A DNA stretch of 64,000 nt from a candidate division WOR-3 bacterium. Its GTDB lineage: Bacteria; Hydrothermota; Hydrothermia; B15-G9. The stretch spans positions 2,457-66,456 of the forward strand of contig WGAI01000008.1 of NCBI GenBank assembly GCA_015489175.1, in the 5' to 3' direction. Below the pieces are notes generated by a model. The model was given only the letters and a program-made list of their open reading frames with translations, did no database searches and had not been told where the DNA came from. Below, piece after piece: positions 17,653 through 25,794 of this stretch (within the stretch, counting starts at the first letter, position 1; each line of letters opens with the position of its first letter). A program made the translations under genes and the position numbers.

Positions 17653-18984
17653 TTAGTGGCCGAGCGTAATCCTGGCTATGTTTGTGAAGGTATCGTTGTC
17701 CGTCCATTCGGCGCTTGGATCGGCATCGTGGATGGTCGGATCATCGGGTATCGAACTTACAGCCGATGAGTTATCTCCGCCAGCAATCCATGCTATCATA
17801 CCGAGCGAATCGCGAGCTCCGCCAAGCAAATTCCACGGGATAGCTATCTCAAGCGTCTGAAGTCCATGATCGGACGACCCAGTCCATGCATACTGGCCAT
17901 CAAAATTGGCAGGACTGCCCCAGCCGCCCTGATACGGTATGAAATTGGCCGCAGTGAAGGCATCTCCGTTCTCAGGCCACCAGAAATAGAGCTCATAATC
18001 GATGCCATAGCCCGAAAATCCGATGTGTCTGCCCCATCCGTCGGATGTGCCTTCGGAATAACCGCCATCCGCAACATCGAAACCAAATCCGTAGGCCAAT
18101 CCCCAGGAGGCCTCATTTCGCGTGGTTATTGCAACATATAGGTTGCTGGTGTCAGAAGATACGAAAAGCTGATACAAAGATGCGCCTTCGAGGCCGTTGA
18201 CGACGCCGGAATCCACAAGAGTCCAGTTCTCTTCATCGGAGATAACGCCATCGATCACTATCATGCCTTCGGGTATCTGAGCGAGCTCAACCGTCCCGAT
18301 CGATGTGGTATCATCCTCTGCAACAGTCACATCTGTTACGGTATCGGGGATATATCCGCCTGCGTTGATGACCACGCTGTAATTGCCAGCTTCGAGTCCC
18401 GCTGCGATGAAATCACCTGTCGTGCTGTCGGAAGTCACAGTTGTGACAGCGCTCCACGCGGTGTCATACACCGTCACGGTAGCTGTCGGGAAAGGAGGCT
18501 CCGAATCGTTCTCAAACTCGATATGCCCCGTGATGGCGCCGCCGGCCGCACCGATGTATGTGAACTGGTAAAACAGCGTCTGCTCGTTGAAATCAACCTT
18601 CCACAGCCCAGCCTGCGGTATGGTAGTCTCGATGTGGTCGCCAAGTCCGCCTGCGTTCGGATCGACATATCCATGAAGGCTGTCGTTTTTAATGGCACTT
18701 GTATCGCCGTATGCCAAGTTCCATTGTCCTTCTGGCACAAGTTTGTATTTGATTTTGCGGGCAGGCAGCCTGAGGACAAGCTCCCATTGCCAATCGCCGA
18801 CGAGATGCATGTCAGGAGCGGTGTTCAAATCCCAGGGCGTATCCTGAAAATCGCCAACCATCTGCAATCTATCCCAATTTGAGAGGAAAACCGAGCCAGG
18901 AGCGTTGAAATCAGGCCCTTTCACCTCTTTGCATGCTGTCACAAGTAGCACGGAGAACAAAAATAAAGCGATCTTTCTCATCAT
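17653..18984 (-). CDS. Multidomain lipoprotein: SusE/SusF- or CBM48-like starch-binding domain, carboxypeptidase-regulatory-like domain, DOMON/CBM9-like C-terminal domain
   Basis: Lipobox LVTA-C; VGDF..W....M....W...L.L.....KYK...W...YG; GAITG...ATVTV...TGDF...GL..GNY.V...GY; IVIDG..W..LY...D..NLYVAI. Trp/Asp-rich; no catalytic glycoside-hydrolase motif seen. Confidence 0.65.
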   Translation of the reverse strand: MMRKIALFLFSVLLVTACKEVKGPDFNAPGSVFLSNWDRLQMVGDFQDTPWDLNTAPDMHLVGDWQWELVLRLPARKIKYKLVPEGQWNLAYGDTSAIKNDSLHGYVDPNAGGLGDHIETTIPQAGLWKVDFNEQTLFYQFTYIGAAGGAITGHIEFENDSEPPFPTATVTVYDTAWSAVTTVTSDSTTGDFIAAGLEAGNYSVVINAGGYIPDTVTDVTVAEDDTTSIGTVELAQIPEGMIVIDGVISDEENWTLVDSGVVNGLEGASLYQLFVSSDTSNLYVAITTRNEASWGLAYGFGFDVADGGYSEGTSDGWGRHIGFSGYGIDYELYFWWPENGDAFTAANFIPYQGGWGSPANFDGQYAWTGSSDHGLQTLEIAIPWNLLGGARDSLGMIAWIAGGDNSSAVSSIPDDPTIHDADPSAEWTDNDTFTNIARITLGH

Positions 18985-19102
18985 CTCCTCAAATTACCTC
19001 CGTTTGTTTTGGGTTAGGATATTGCAGCTTATAGGGTTCCGTCAACGACGACCGCCTCTGCCGTCTTGAAAGTTTCCCAACTCGTCCCGCCATCAGACGG
19101 TC

Positions 19103-19729
19103 TCAAATCAATCCGAGCCACGAGTGAAGCAAGAAGTAAATTCTTCCAATCAAGAGACTTACACGAGCCATTATCGTGTATCCGAACGAGGCGCCAAATG
19201 CCACCATTATGAAAACTATGCCTATTTTTGCGGCGGCGCCGAATTTCCCTTTTATTGGCTTCGAGAAGTAGAAGTATGTTATTGTGAAAACGGTTCCGAA
19301 CACCAGGAACCAGTTGTTGACTGTCGTGGCAAGGCCACCGCTAACCCAGAGCGGCAGGAAAGTGCCTTTCAGCTGTGGCACAAGGTAACCGTTCAGCATT
19401 CCGAGGATGCCGAGCCCGGCGCCCATGCCAACCGCGAACGCTATTGCCCATCTCGAAAGCCATCTTATCTGTGGGATGAAACGGGTCAGCATAAGTATGG
19501 ACAAAATCAGCGGCACGATGACGGCCAGAATGTTACCGCTCGCTATGGGATCCCAGAGTTTGGGCTTCACATCGAAAAACCACAGGTTGAGGAATGCAAA
19601 GGCGGCGGACGACCCCACGAACACGCTTTCAGCGAACTTGTAAAACGGGTTGTCCTTGTAAAGAAAACTGAAGATTGCAAGGGTGAAGAACGCAGCCACC
19701 CAGACCCAGATCGATGTGCTCAGATGCAT
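19103..19729 (-). CDS. Module B subunit 4: uncharacterised polytopic membrane protein
   Basis: About 6 TMs; TLAIFSFLYKDNP.Y..AE..FVG and GASFG.T.MAR.SLLIGR shared with 23564..24277. Confidence 0.85.
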   Translation of the reverse strand: MHLSTSIWVWVAAFFTLAIFSFLYKDNPFYKFAESVFVGSSAAFAFLNLWFFDVKPKLWDPIASGNILAVIVPLILSILMLTRFIPQIRWLSRWAIAFAVGMGAGLGILGMLNGYLVPQLKGTFLPLWVSGGLATTVNNWFLVFGTVFTITYFYFSKPIKGKFGAAAKIGIVFIMVAFGASFGYTIMARVSLLIGRIYFLLHSWLGLI

Positions 19730-19730
19730 T

Positions 19731-20558
19731 TCATGACCTCCTTTTCCTCTGAGTGGCGATGTAGCCGATGTTGCCGAGTATGATGAAGGCTATGATCAGG
19801 AAGTGGACAAACGCTTGCGTGGTCATACCGTAGGTAGCTGTGCCCTTGTGATGGACGAGGTTTTCGTAATCAGCGGCGGCACGCAGCCCGCCGAGCACCG
19901 CTATGATCTGACCAGCCTGCTTGTAGGGGTAAAGGTCAGGTGCAACCACGGCGGTCGAACCGAGTATTATTCTGGCACCGTATCGCGCATTGGCGAATTG
20001 CGCCCACATATCGCCCACACTGCCGGCCTCAAAACCTATGATAACGCCGATGTCATCGTAGTTCTTAATTCCATGCATCACAGGCATGTCTTTGAGTGGG
20101 CGGTTCTTGTAATCTACATTGTCGAATGTCTTGGGGATGTCCTTCCCCATACTTATCATTACGGCCTGGAGCCCCGGACGGTAGCCAAGCACGACATAAT
20201 CAACGCCATACTTCTTTCCATACTCACTGGCCACCTCTTCGACAGCCTTCTGGGCAAGTGGAACACCGAGCGCCCAGTGCGACATCACCAGAACCCTCAT
20301 GTTCCTGCTGAATAACTGTCTTAGGATAGCAACAAGCATGGGCTGAAGCTCAGGCATCGATGAGGCATCGTAGTCGGCCGAAATTATCACGGCACTGCCT
20401 TCCGGAAGAGAATTTATGAAGTCATAAGCTTCAACGACATCAGAAGTCGGCTTCATGGGAATCTCCACTTTGAAAAGGAACGGCACGGTGGCCACGATGA
20501 AAAGTATCAGGTAAATGATCCTGCGATCTATTTTCGACATGCTTTCAAAGATATTCAT
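19731..20558 (-). CDS. Module B subunit 3: TM - alpha/beta domain - TM protein
   Basis: YDFI...PGS....Y..SSMPEL.PM, DYV.LGY..G, GQI...GL.AAADYE shared with 24279..25169. Confidence 0.85.
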   Translation of the reverse strand: MNIFESMSKIDRRIIYLILFIVATVPFLFKVEIPMKPTSDVVEAYDFINSLPEGSAVIISADYDASSMPELQPMLVAILRQLFSRNMRVLVMSHWALGVPLAQKAVEEVASEYGKKYGVDYVVLGYRPGLQAVMISMGKDIPKTFDNVDYKNRPLKDMPVMHGIKNYDDIGVIIGFEAGSVGDMWAQFANARYGARIILGSTAVVAPDLYPYKQAGQIIAVLGGLRAAADYENLVHHKGTATYGMTTQAFVHFLIIAFIILGNIGYIATQRKRRS

Positions 20559-20568
20559 GGCTGCCTCC

Positions 20569-21354
20569 TTAGCTCATGTAACTCCGCTCTATGCCGAGGA
20601 TGATGCGCAGTGAAACAGCTATCCCTCCGAGAGCGAGCCCGAGCATTATCCCCCTCTTAGCTGCCATCTGAGGTATGTCCATGATCCAGTCCGTTGCCGC
20701 CGACAGATTGCCGTAGAGAAATTTTGTGAGGGGCACAGCTATGACCACCATCAAAATCAGCATGAGGAGGTAACCCACGCGCGTTGATGCTGATGTCGTC
20801 GCCTTTATCTCGAGTAACAGAACCCATGCGACAAGCAGAACCGCTATCCACAGGACGGGGATAAGCGCTGCATTTCCGAGAGGCACGCGTCCGAGCATGA
20901 TTATTGACGCCGTGATAAGCAGCAATGTGGCGTTAAGGCTCCTCGCCCTGAATGCGCGATAAGCGGCACTGGCTATGAAAAACGACAGAATTGCGAACAT
21001 CGTCGCCTGCAACGGCACATAGATGTAGAGGTAGAAGTAGTTGCGGAATGTGGAATTGGTCGAGAAGATGTGGCCTGTCCGCACCCCCGAAACGATGCCC
21101 CAGACCAGCGTCACCACGAAACTCAGGATAACCGTAAGAGCAAACGGCCAATCCTTGCCTTTCCTGCGAATTTTGTCCCAGTTGTAAAGGAGCAGACTGT
21201 CTATGCCGAGGATAAATGTGAACCCTGAAACTATGATATACCAGGAATTTAGTGTTTCCTCCATCTTGTTGAAAGGCGGGTGCGGGACAAAAAGGCTTAT
21301 CACTATCAATGTTCCAGCCAGAAAGCTTATGAGAAGCGGTATCTCTCTTTTCAT
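20569..21354 (-). CDS. Module B subunit 2: uncharacterised polytopic membrane protein
   Basis: VPL.ATMF..L.F...SAAYRAFRAR...ATLLL and W.M..P..A.KRGI..G shared with 25166..25783. Start at ATG 21354, overlapping the subunit 1 stop (ATGA). Confidence 0.85.
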   Translation of the reverse strand: MKREIPLLISFLAGTLIVISLFVPHPPFNKMEETLNSWYIIVSGFTFILGIDSLLLYNWDKIRRKGKDWPFALTVILSFVVTLVWGIVSGVRTGHIFSTNSTFRNYFYLYIYVPLQATMFAILSFFIASAAYRAFRARSLNATLLLITASIIMLGRVPLGNAALIPVLWIAVLLVAWVLLLEIKATTSASTRVGYLLMLILMVVIAVPLTKFLYGNLSAATDWIMDIPQMAAKRGIMLGLALGGIAVSLRIILGIERSYMS

Positions 21355-22490
21355 TGGGCACCTCCCGCGAAGAAGGTCTTGATTAACGACCACGACTTAT
21401 TGCCTGTGACGCCTGCAACTGTCTCCAGCACGGCGCCCACGAGTATCAAACCGATGAATATGATCTTCATCCAGTCCTCAGCCTTGATCGTTGCGAGGGA
21501 ATTGGGATCTCTGGATAGGTATGCGCTTGCAGCATACATCTCCTCACCTATCAGGGTGTAGTCGGTCGCTGCAATGAGGAACGGCAGCTGGGTGACAGAC
21601 GATGTGCCGGCAATCTGGATTGCACCTATCGAGTGCCCTGTCTCTGCGATTATCAGGGATTCCGCATAGAATGCGCCCTGAAGGAATATCGCACCGGGTT
21701 TCTGTCTCATGATGATGCCGTCTATGCCTGCGGCATAACCAAACTGGTCGTTTGTGAGGAAATAGACATTTTTTTCGTTGTAAAGGTCGGGTCTGCCTGC
21801 TTCAAGATACCCCTGTTTCACGGTCTCCTGTGCAGCGGCCATGACGACAGGGTCAAAGCATGGCACGATTATATCCGATTCGTATTCAGCGGCTTTCATC
21901 GCAACACGCTTGAGGATAGCAAGGCCGGCGAGCGTGGCTATGTCGGAAACCGTGCCAAGTCCGAGCACAAAAAGGAGCGGCCTGCCCATCTCGGTGGCTC
22001 TTCCGACTGCATCATCGACGGCCTGAAGTCCAGCTATCGGTCTAATGGTCAGCCTCTCGCCTCTTCGCGCCTTCTTGAGGTAGTAGATGAGCAAAGCACC
22101 ATAAAGCAAAAGGATTATCAACGCCGCAATACGGCCTTTGTGAAGCCATTGTGCCCTGGGAACCACCGGCGGAGATATTGCCGAGTCTATGTAATCGCCA
22201 TCTTTGAACCAGACACGGATGAAATACCTGTAAGGATGCCCATTTTTAAGGTCAGTATCCATGTATCGCCTTGCAGTGGGCTTGAGTTCCTCCACGACAA
22301 CGGGGGCTGTGCCCGGTCTATCGATTCGCATGATTTGAATGTAGCTAATCTGTGATAGGTCAGCATCTTTCCTGTAATCCCATTTAAGAATAATCTGGCC
22401 GCCCTCGTCGTTGGGGTTGTCCATAACCTTGAGGTCAACGATCGGAGAGGGCCTGACAGAAAAGATGACCATCAAAACAAAACTTATCAT
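21351..22490 (-). CDS. Module B subunit 1: signal peptide, FN3-like domain, TM, DUF6754-like domain, TM
   Basis: D.PNDEGG.I.LKW and Y.DTDL.NG..Y.Y.I (FN3-like); IRPIAGL.AVD.AVGRATEMGRP; AES...AETG; IGEEMYAASAYL. SD AGGAGG 6 nt before ATG 22490. Confidence 0.85.
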   Translation of the reverse strand: MISFVLMVIFSVRPSPIVDLKVMDNPNDEGGQIILKWDYRKDADLSQISYIQIMRIDRPGTAPVVVEELKPTARRYMDTDLKNGHPYRYFIRVWFKDGDYIDSAISPPVVPRAQWLHKGRIAALIILLLYGALLIYYLKKARRGERLTIRPIAGLQAVDDAVGRATEMGRPLLFVLGLGTVSDIATLAGLAILKRVAMKAAEYESDIIVPCFDPVVMAAAQETVKQGYLEAGRPDLYNEKNVYFLTNDQFGYAAGIDGIIMRQKPGAIFLQGAFYAESLIIAETGHSIGAIQIAGTSSVTQLPFLIAATDYTLIGEEMYAASAYLSRDPNSLATIKAEDWMKIIFIGLILVGAVLETVAGVTGNKSWSLIKTFFAGGAQ

Positions 22491-22537
22491 CAAAGACCTC
22501 CTTTTGACCGATTTTTGGCTAATACCGGCTCGAACGA

Positions 22538-23452
22538 TCAATCAACCTTAGGGAAAACAGACAGGTGCAGCAACCGGTTATGTGAGTCGGTCAGCCCGGT
22601 AGCAACCAACTCCTCACCTATGTATCTTAAATCACTACCATCGACCGCTCCATTAAAAACCTCAAACTCGGCCGACATGATGTGAGTCATGATCTTTTCG
22701 AGATCCTCTTTGCCCACAAGTGATGTCTGTTTTGACGAGAGCTCAATCGCGTCGAGAGCGAACCCTCGAACAAGCTTGTCCTTAAATTTTCTCATAAGCT
22801 CGTTGGAGCTGAAGATGTCAACAGAGAGGAATTCACCGCCTGCAAATGCCGCTATCCCAATAACATCATCGGTTATGTCTATCTCTTCGACATACCTCTC
22901 TATTTCATCTTTCAAAGCGACAAAAGCGTCGTGGAGCGAGCGTGTAGGTGACTCGAGCCTCATAGACGAGAGCTTATGGGAAACCGAGCTCCAGACCACT
23001 TTCTGGTTAGAATAGAACCTGCCGGTGATTTTAACGGAATGGGTAACAGAGGAAGCAAGCGTAGCCCTGAGCCTCGGATGAACTGATATCCCGGATGGAG
23101 CAAATATCCTGCTGCCTGACCACCTCCACTCCTCAATACAACTCACGGGCACGGCCGCCCTTTTTGACGACTCAAACCAGATAGCCGTGTTGAAAACCCT
23201 GTTCTGAAGTGCCCCCACAATTGCCTCGCCATCGAGTATGAACATCGGCTCATTTCCCCGGTAGTCGATTATAGCGGAACTGACACTCCCTGAATCGATG
23301 ATCTCACCCAGGTTATTCGCCAGCATATCATCGATGGTCAAAGCTGATAGCTTATCAGAAGGGCCTTTGAGCGGATATATGAGCAAATTCCTTGCCCAAA
23401 ATGGCTCCCCTATCTCTATATCCACCATTTCTTTAATTCTCACATTTCCCAT
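22538..23452 (-). CDS. ARPP-1 / DUF6569-like protein
   Basis: NL.IYPL, FILDGE.IVGA.QNRV.NT, VPVSC.E..RW, Q..VW..V, S.T.SL.D, D.F...L..GFALDA. Confidence 0.78.
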   Translation of the reverse strand: MGNVRIKEMVDIEIGEPFWARNLLIYPLKGPSDKLSALTIDDMLANNLGEIIDSGSVSSAIIDYRGNEPMFILDGEAIVGALQNRVFNTAIWFESSKRAAVPVSCIEEWRWSGSRIFAPSGISVHPRLRATLASSVTHSVKITGRFYSNQKVVWSSVSHKLSSMRLESPTRSLHDAFVALKDEIERYVEEIDITDDVIGIAAFAGGEFLSVDIFSSNELMRKFKDKLVRGFALDAIELSSKQTSLVGKEDLEKIMTHIMSAEFEVFNGAVDGSDLRYIGEELVATGLTDSHNRLLHLSVFPKVD

Positions 23453-23501
23453 ATCTCACACCTCACAAATGGATTTGTTAATCGATAATAAAACAAAGCA
23501 C

Positions 23502-23534
23502 AAAAAAAATAAAGGGCCCGTTTCCAGGCCCTTT
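23502..23534 (-). terminator. Intrinsic terminator after module A
   Basis: aaagggcc/ggcccttt 8-bp stem followed by an 8-U tract on the minus strand. Confidence 0.8.
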
Positions 23535-23563
23535 TATTGCGATGTTACAGATGGTCTAAAGCA

Positions 23564-24277
23564 TCAATAAGAAACTATGTGAAGCCACTTAAGCAGGAAC
23601 ATCAACCTTCCTATGAGCAGAGAATAACGCGCCATCACAGTGGAGCCGAAGGAGGCTCCAAATCCGATCATCAGCACTATGATGCCAAATCTGGCGAATT
23701 TTCCGTATGCGCCCTTGTGCTCCTTTGAGAAGAAGAAATATGCCAGCACAGCGAGCACCGACACGAAGATGATGATAGCGCTTATGAATACCACTGTGAG
23801 GCTCCACTCGTATTGCTTCGATAGCTCAGCATATCCCTGCCAGTTCGGTGAATGAAGTATCGTGTCCCACATCTGCTCAAGGATACTTGCCTGAAATGCA
23901 CGCGGTATGGCCATTCCAGAGCCAAGTCCCAACAGGAACGCAAACGGCAGCCTTATCAGGTATGAATACTTAGGCGTGATGACCGAAAGGTAAAGCAGGG
24001 CGAATATAGTCGGAATTATATACCACCAGTTTATCGGAAGAAGCTCACCACCGAGAAGATGCAGCCGCTGCATGATCGGGATTATAAAAGGATCCATCAG
24101 ATTGGGCTTCATTGCAAGGAAGTAGGTCATTGCAAACCCGTATCCTGCCGATAGACCAACAAAAAGGTATTCGGCAAGACGATAAACTGGGTTCTCTTTA
24201 TAAAGGAACGAAAAAATGGCGAGCGTTAGAAACGCCGCCAGTGTTTCCCAGCTGAAAAGCCAGTGAAGGATGCCCAT
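23564..24277 (-). CDS. Module A subunit 4: uncharacterised polytopic membrane protein
   Basis: Paralog of 19103..19729 (TLAIFSFLYKENP..., GASFGSTVMARYSLLIGR). Confidence 0.85.
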   Translation of the reverse strand: MGILHWLFSWETLAAFLTLAIFSFLYKENPVYRLAEYLFVGLSAGYGFAMTYFLAMKPNLMDPFIIPIMQRLHLLGGELLPINWWYIIPTIFALLYLSVITPKYSYLIRLPFAFLLGLGSGMAIPRAFQASILEQMWDTILHSPNWQGYAELSKQYEWSLTVVFISAIIIFVSVLAVLAYFFFSKEHKGAYGKFARFGIIVLMIGFGASFGSTVMARYSLLIGRLMFLLKWLHIVSY

Positions 24278-24278
24278 T

Positions 24279-25169
24279 TTATCTCCTCCTTCTCTGCTGC
24301 TTGCGAATCATGAAAAATGCGAGGTTACCTACTATCACCATGAGTATGAGGTAAAGCTGAGCCCATGTAACGGCTGTGATACCGACTGTCGCGTAAGGTG
24401 GCGGTGTGTAATGAAGTTCCTTTTCCATGAGTTTGGCCACGGCGGCCTCGTAGTCAGCGGCGGCTTTCATACCGTTCAGCAAACCAACAAGCTGGCCTGT
24501 CCTGATGTATTGCTGGTAATCAGCGCCCATGACTGCCGTAATGCCGATCGCTATCTTCTGGTTGAACTGCTGATACGCGTAGGTTATCCATGTAGCACCT
24601 GAACCACTTGCGCTGAAGTCGATTACGAGATCGATGTCGTCATAATTGTGTATCCTTGCCGTCAGCGGCATCGTTTCCTCATCGCTTGTTGAGTGTCCGA
24701 AGTAGTCCACCGGAAATGTCTCGTGGAAATCACCCCCGATACCGCGTATAACCATGGCGTAACCGGTTTTATAGCCCAGATATACATAATCCTTGCCGTA
24801 TTGTAACGGGTGACCTGCCTCCTGGAATTCCTTTGCAACGCTGTTGAAGACATCAAGTCCAAGTCCCGTTCCTTCGATGTTGAGCGACATTCCTATGACT
24901 TTAACACCCCTCAAAAGTGCATGCCTCATGACAGCTTTGGCCATGGGATGCAGCTCTGGCATGGAGCTCGGCCCATAGGTGAAGTTCATCAGCAACACGG
25001 AGCCGGGCTTCATGTGGTCGATGTAGTCGTAAACAAGACGGGTCTCAAGTCCCATCTTCGGATGCGCTTTGATCTTAAGCACTATCGGCAGAATCATAAC
25101 GATCAGGAGGCCGAGATAGATCCAGAACCTTGGAAGTTTCGATAACTTTTCCCAGAAGCTCATGGTCAT
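24279..25169 (-). CDS. Module A subunit 3: TM - alpha/beta domain - TM protein
   Basis: Paralog of 19731..20558 (SSMPELHPM, DYVYLGYKTG, GQLVGLLNGMKAAADYE). Confidence 0.85.
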   Translation of the reverse strand: MTMSFWEKLSKLPRFWIYLGLLIVMILPIVLKIKAHPKMGLETRLVYDYIDHMKPGSVLLMNFTYGPSSMPELHPMAKAVMRHALLRGVKVIGMSLNIEGTGLGLDVFNSVAKEFQEAGHPLQYGKDYVYLGYKTGYAMVIRGIGGDFHETFPVDYFGHSTSDEETMPLTARIHNYDDIDLVIDFSASGSGATWITYAYQQFNQKIAIGITAVMGADYQQYIRTGQLVGLLNGMKAAADYEAAVAKLMEKELHYTPPPYATVGITAVTWAQLYLILMVIVGNLAFFMIRKQQRRRR

Positions 25170-25783
25170 CCTCCCATCCAGTTTCTTTCAATACCGAGTA
25201 TGATCTTCACGGATGTGGCAATCATACCAAGTCCGACCCCGATCGTGATACCGCGTTTCTGAGCCAGATTAGGCACATTCATGATCCATTCCTGAAGGTC
25301 GCGGAGCCATGTCTGGGAATCACCTATCGTCGAAATCCCGAGAATGACGAGTATAGCTGTGAGCAATAGCAGTGTAGCTTCCACATTTCTCGCACGGAAT
25401 GCACGATAAGCAGCTGATGTAACATAGAAACCGAGCAGTGAGAACATCGTCGCGTCAAGCGGAACCTGCACATTGATAAATATCTTCTGGAACACACTGT
25501 CAGGTCCTGTGCCATTTATGAGGCCAAGAAGGGCCATTCCGAACAGACTTATCAACGCCACAAGATTGTAAACAACTTCTTTGCCCCTCTTGATGTTGGT
25601 TATGTATCTGCGGATGAGTGAAGTAATAGCAAGGAATATAGCGAACGAGCCTATGGCTATCGACCACTGGCTCAATGTGTTTTCCAGCGCTTGAGCTGAT
25701 GGATGGGGTATGAAATACAGAGAAGCACCGATCACCCCCATCACGAACACGAGAATCATCGGCAATGTTCGAGAGAAAAACAT
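25166..25783 (-). CDS. Module A subunit 2: uncharacterised polytopic membrane protein
   Basis: Paralog of 20569..21354 (VPLDATMFSLLGFYVTSAAYRAFRARNVEATLLL). Confidence 0.85.
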   Translation of the reverse strand: MFFSRTLPMILVFVMGVIGASLYFIPHPSAQALENTLSQWSIAIGSFAIFLAITSLIRRYITNIKRGKEVVYNLVALISLFGMALLGLINGTGPDSVFQKIFINVQVPLDATMFSLLGFYVTSAAYRAFRARNVEATLLLLTAILVILGISTIGDSQTWLRDLQEWIMNVPNLAQKRGITIGVGLGMIATSVKIILGIERNWMGG

Positions 25784-25794
25784 GTCATATCCTC

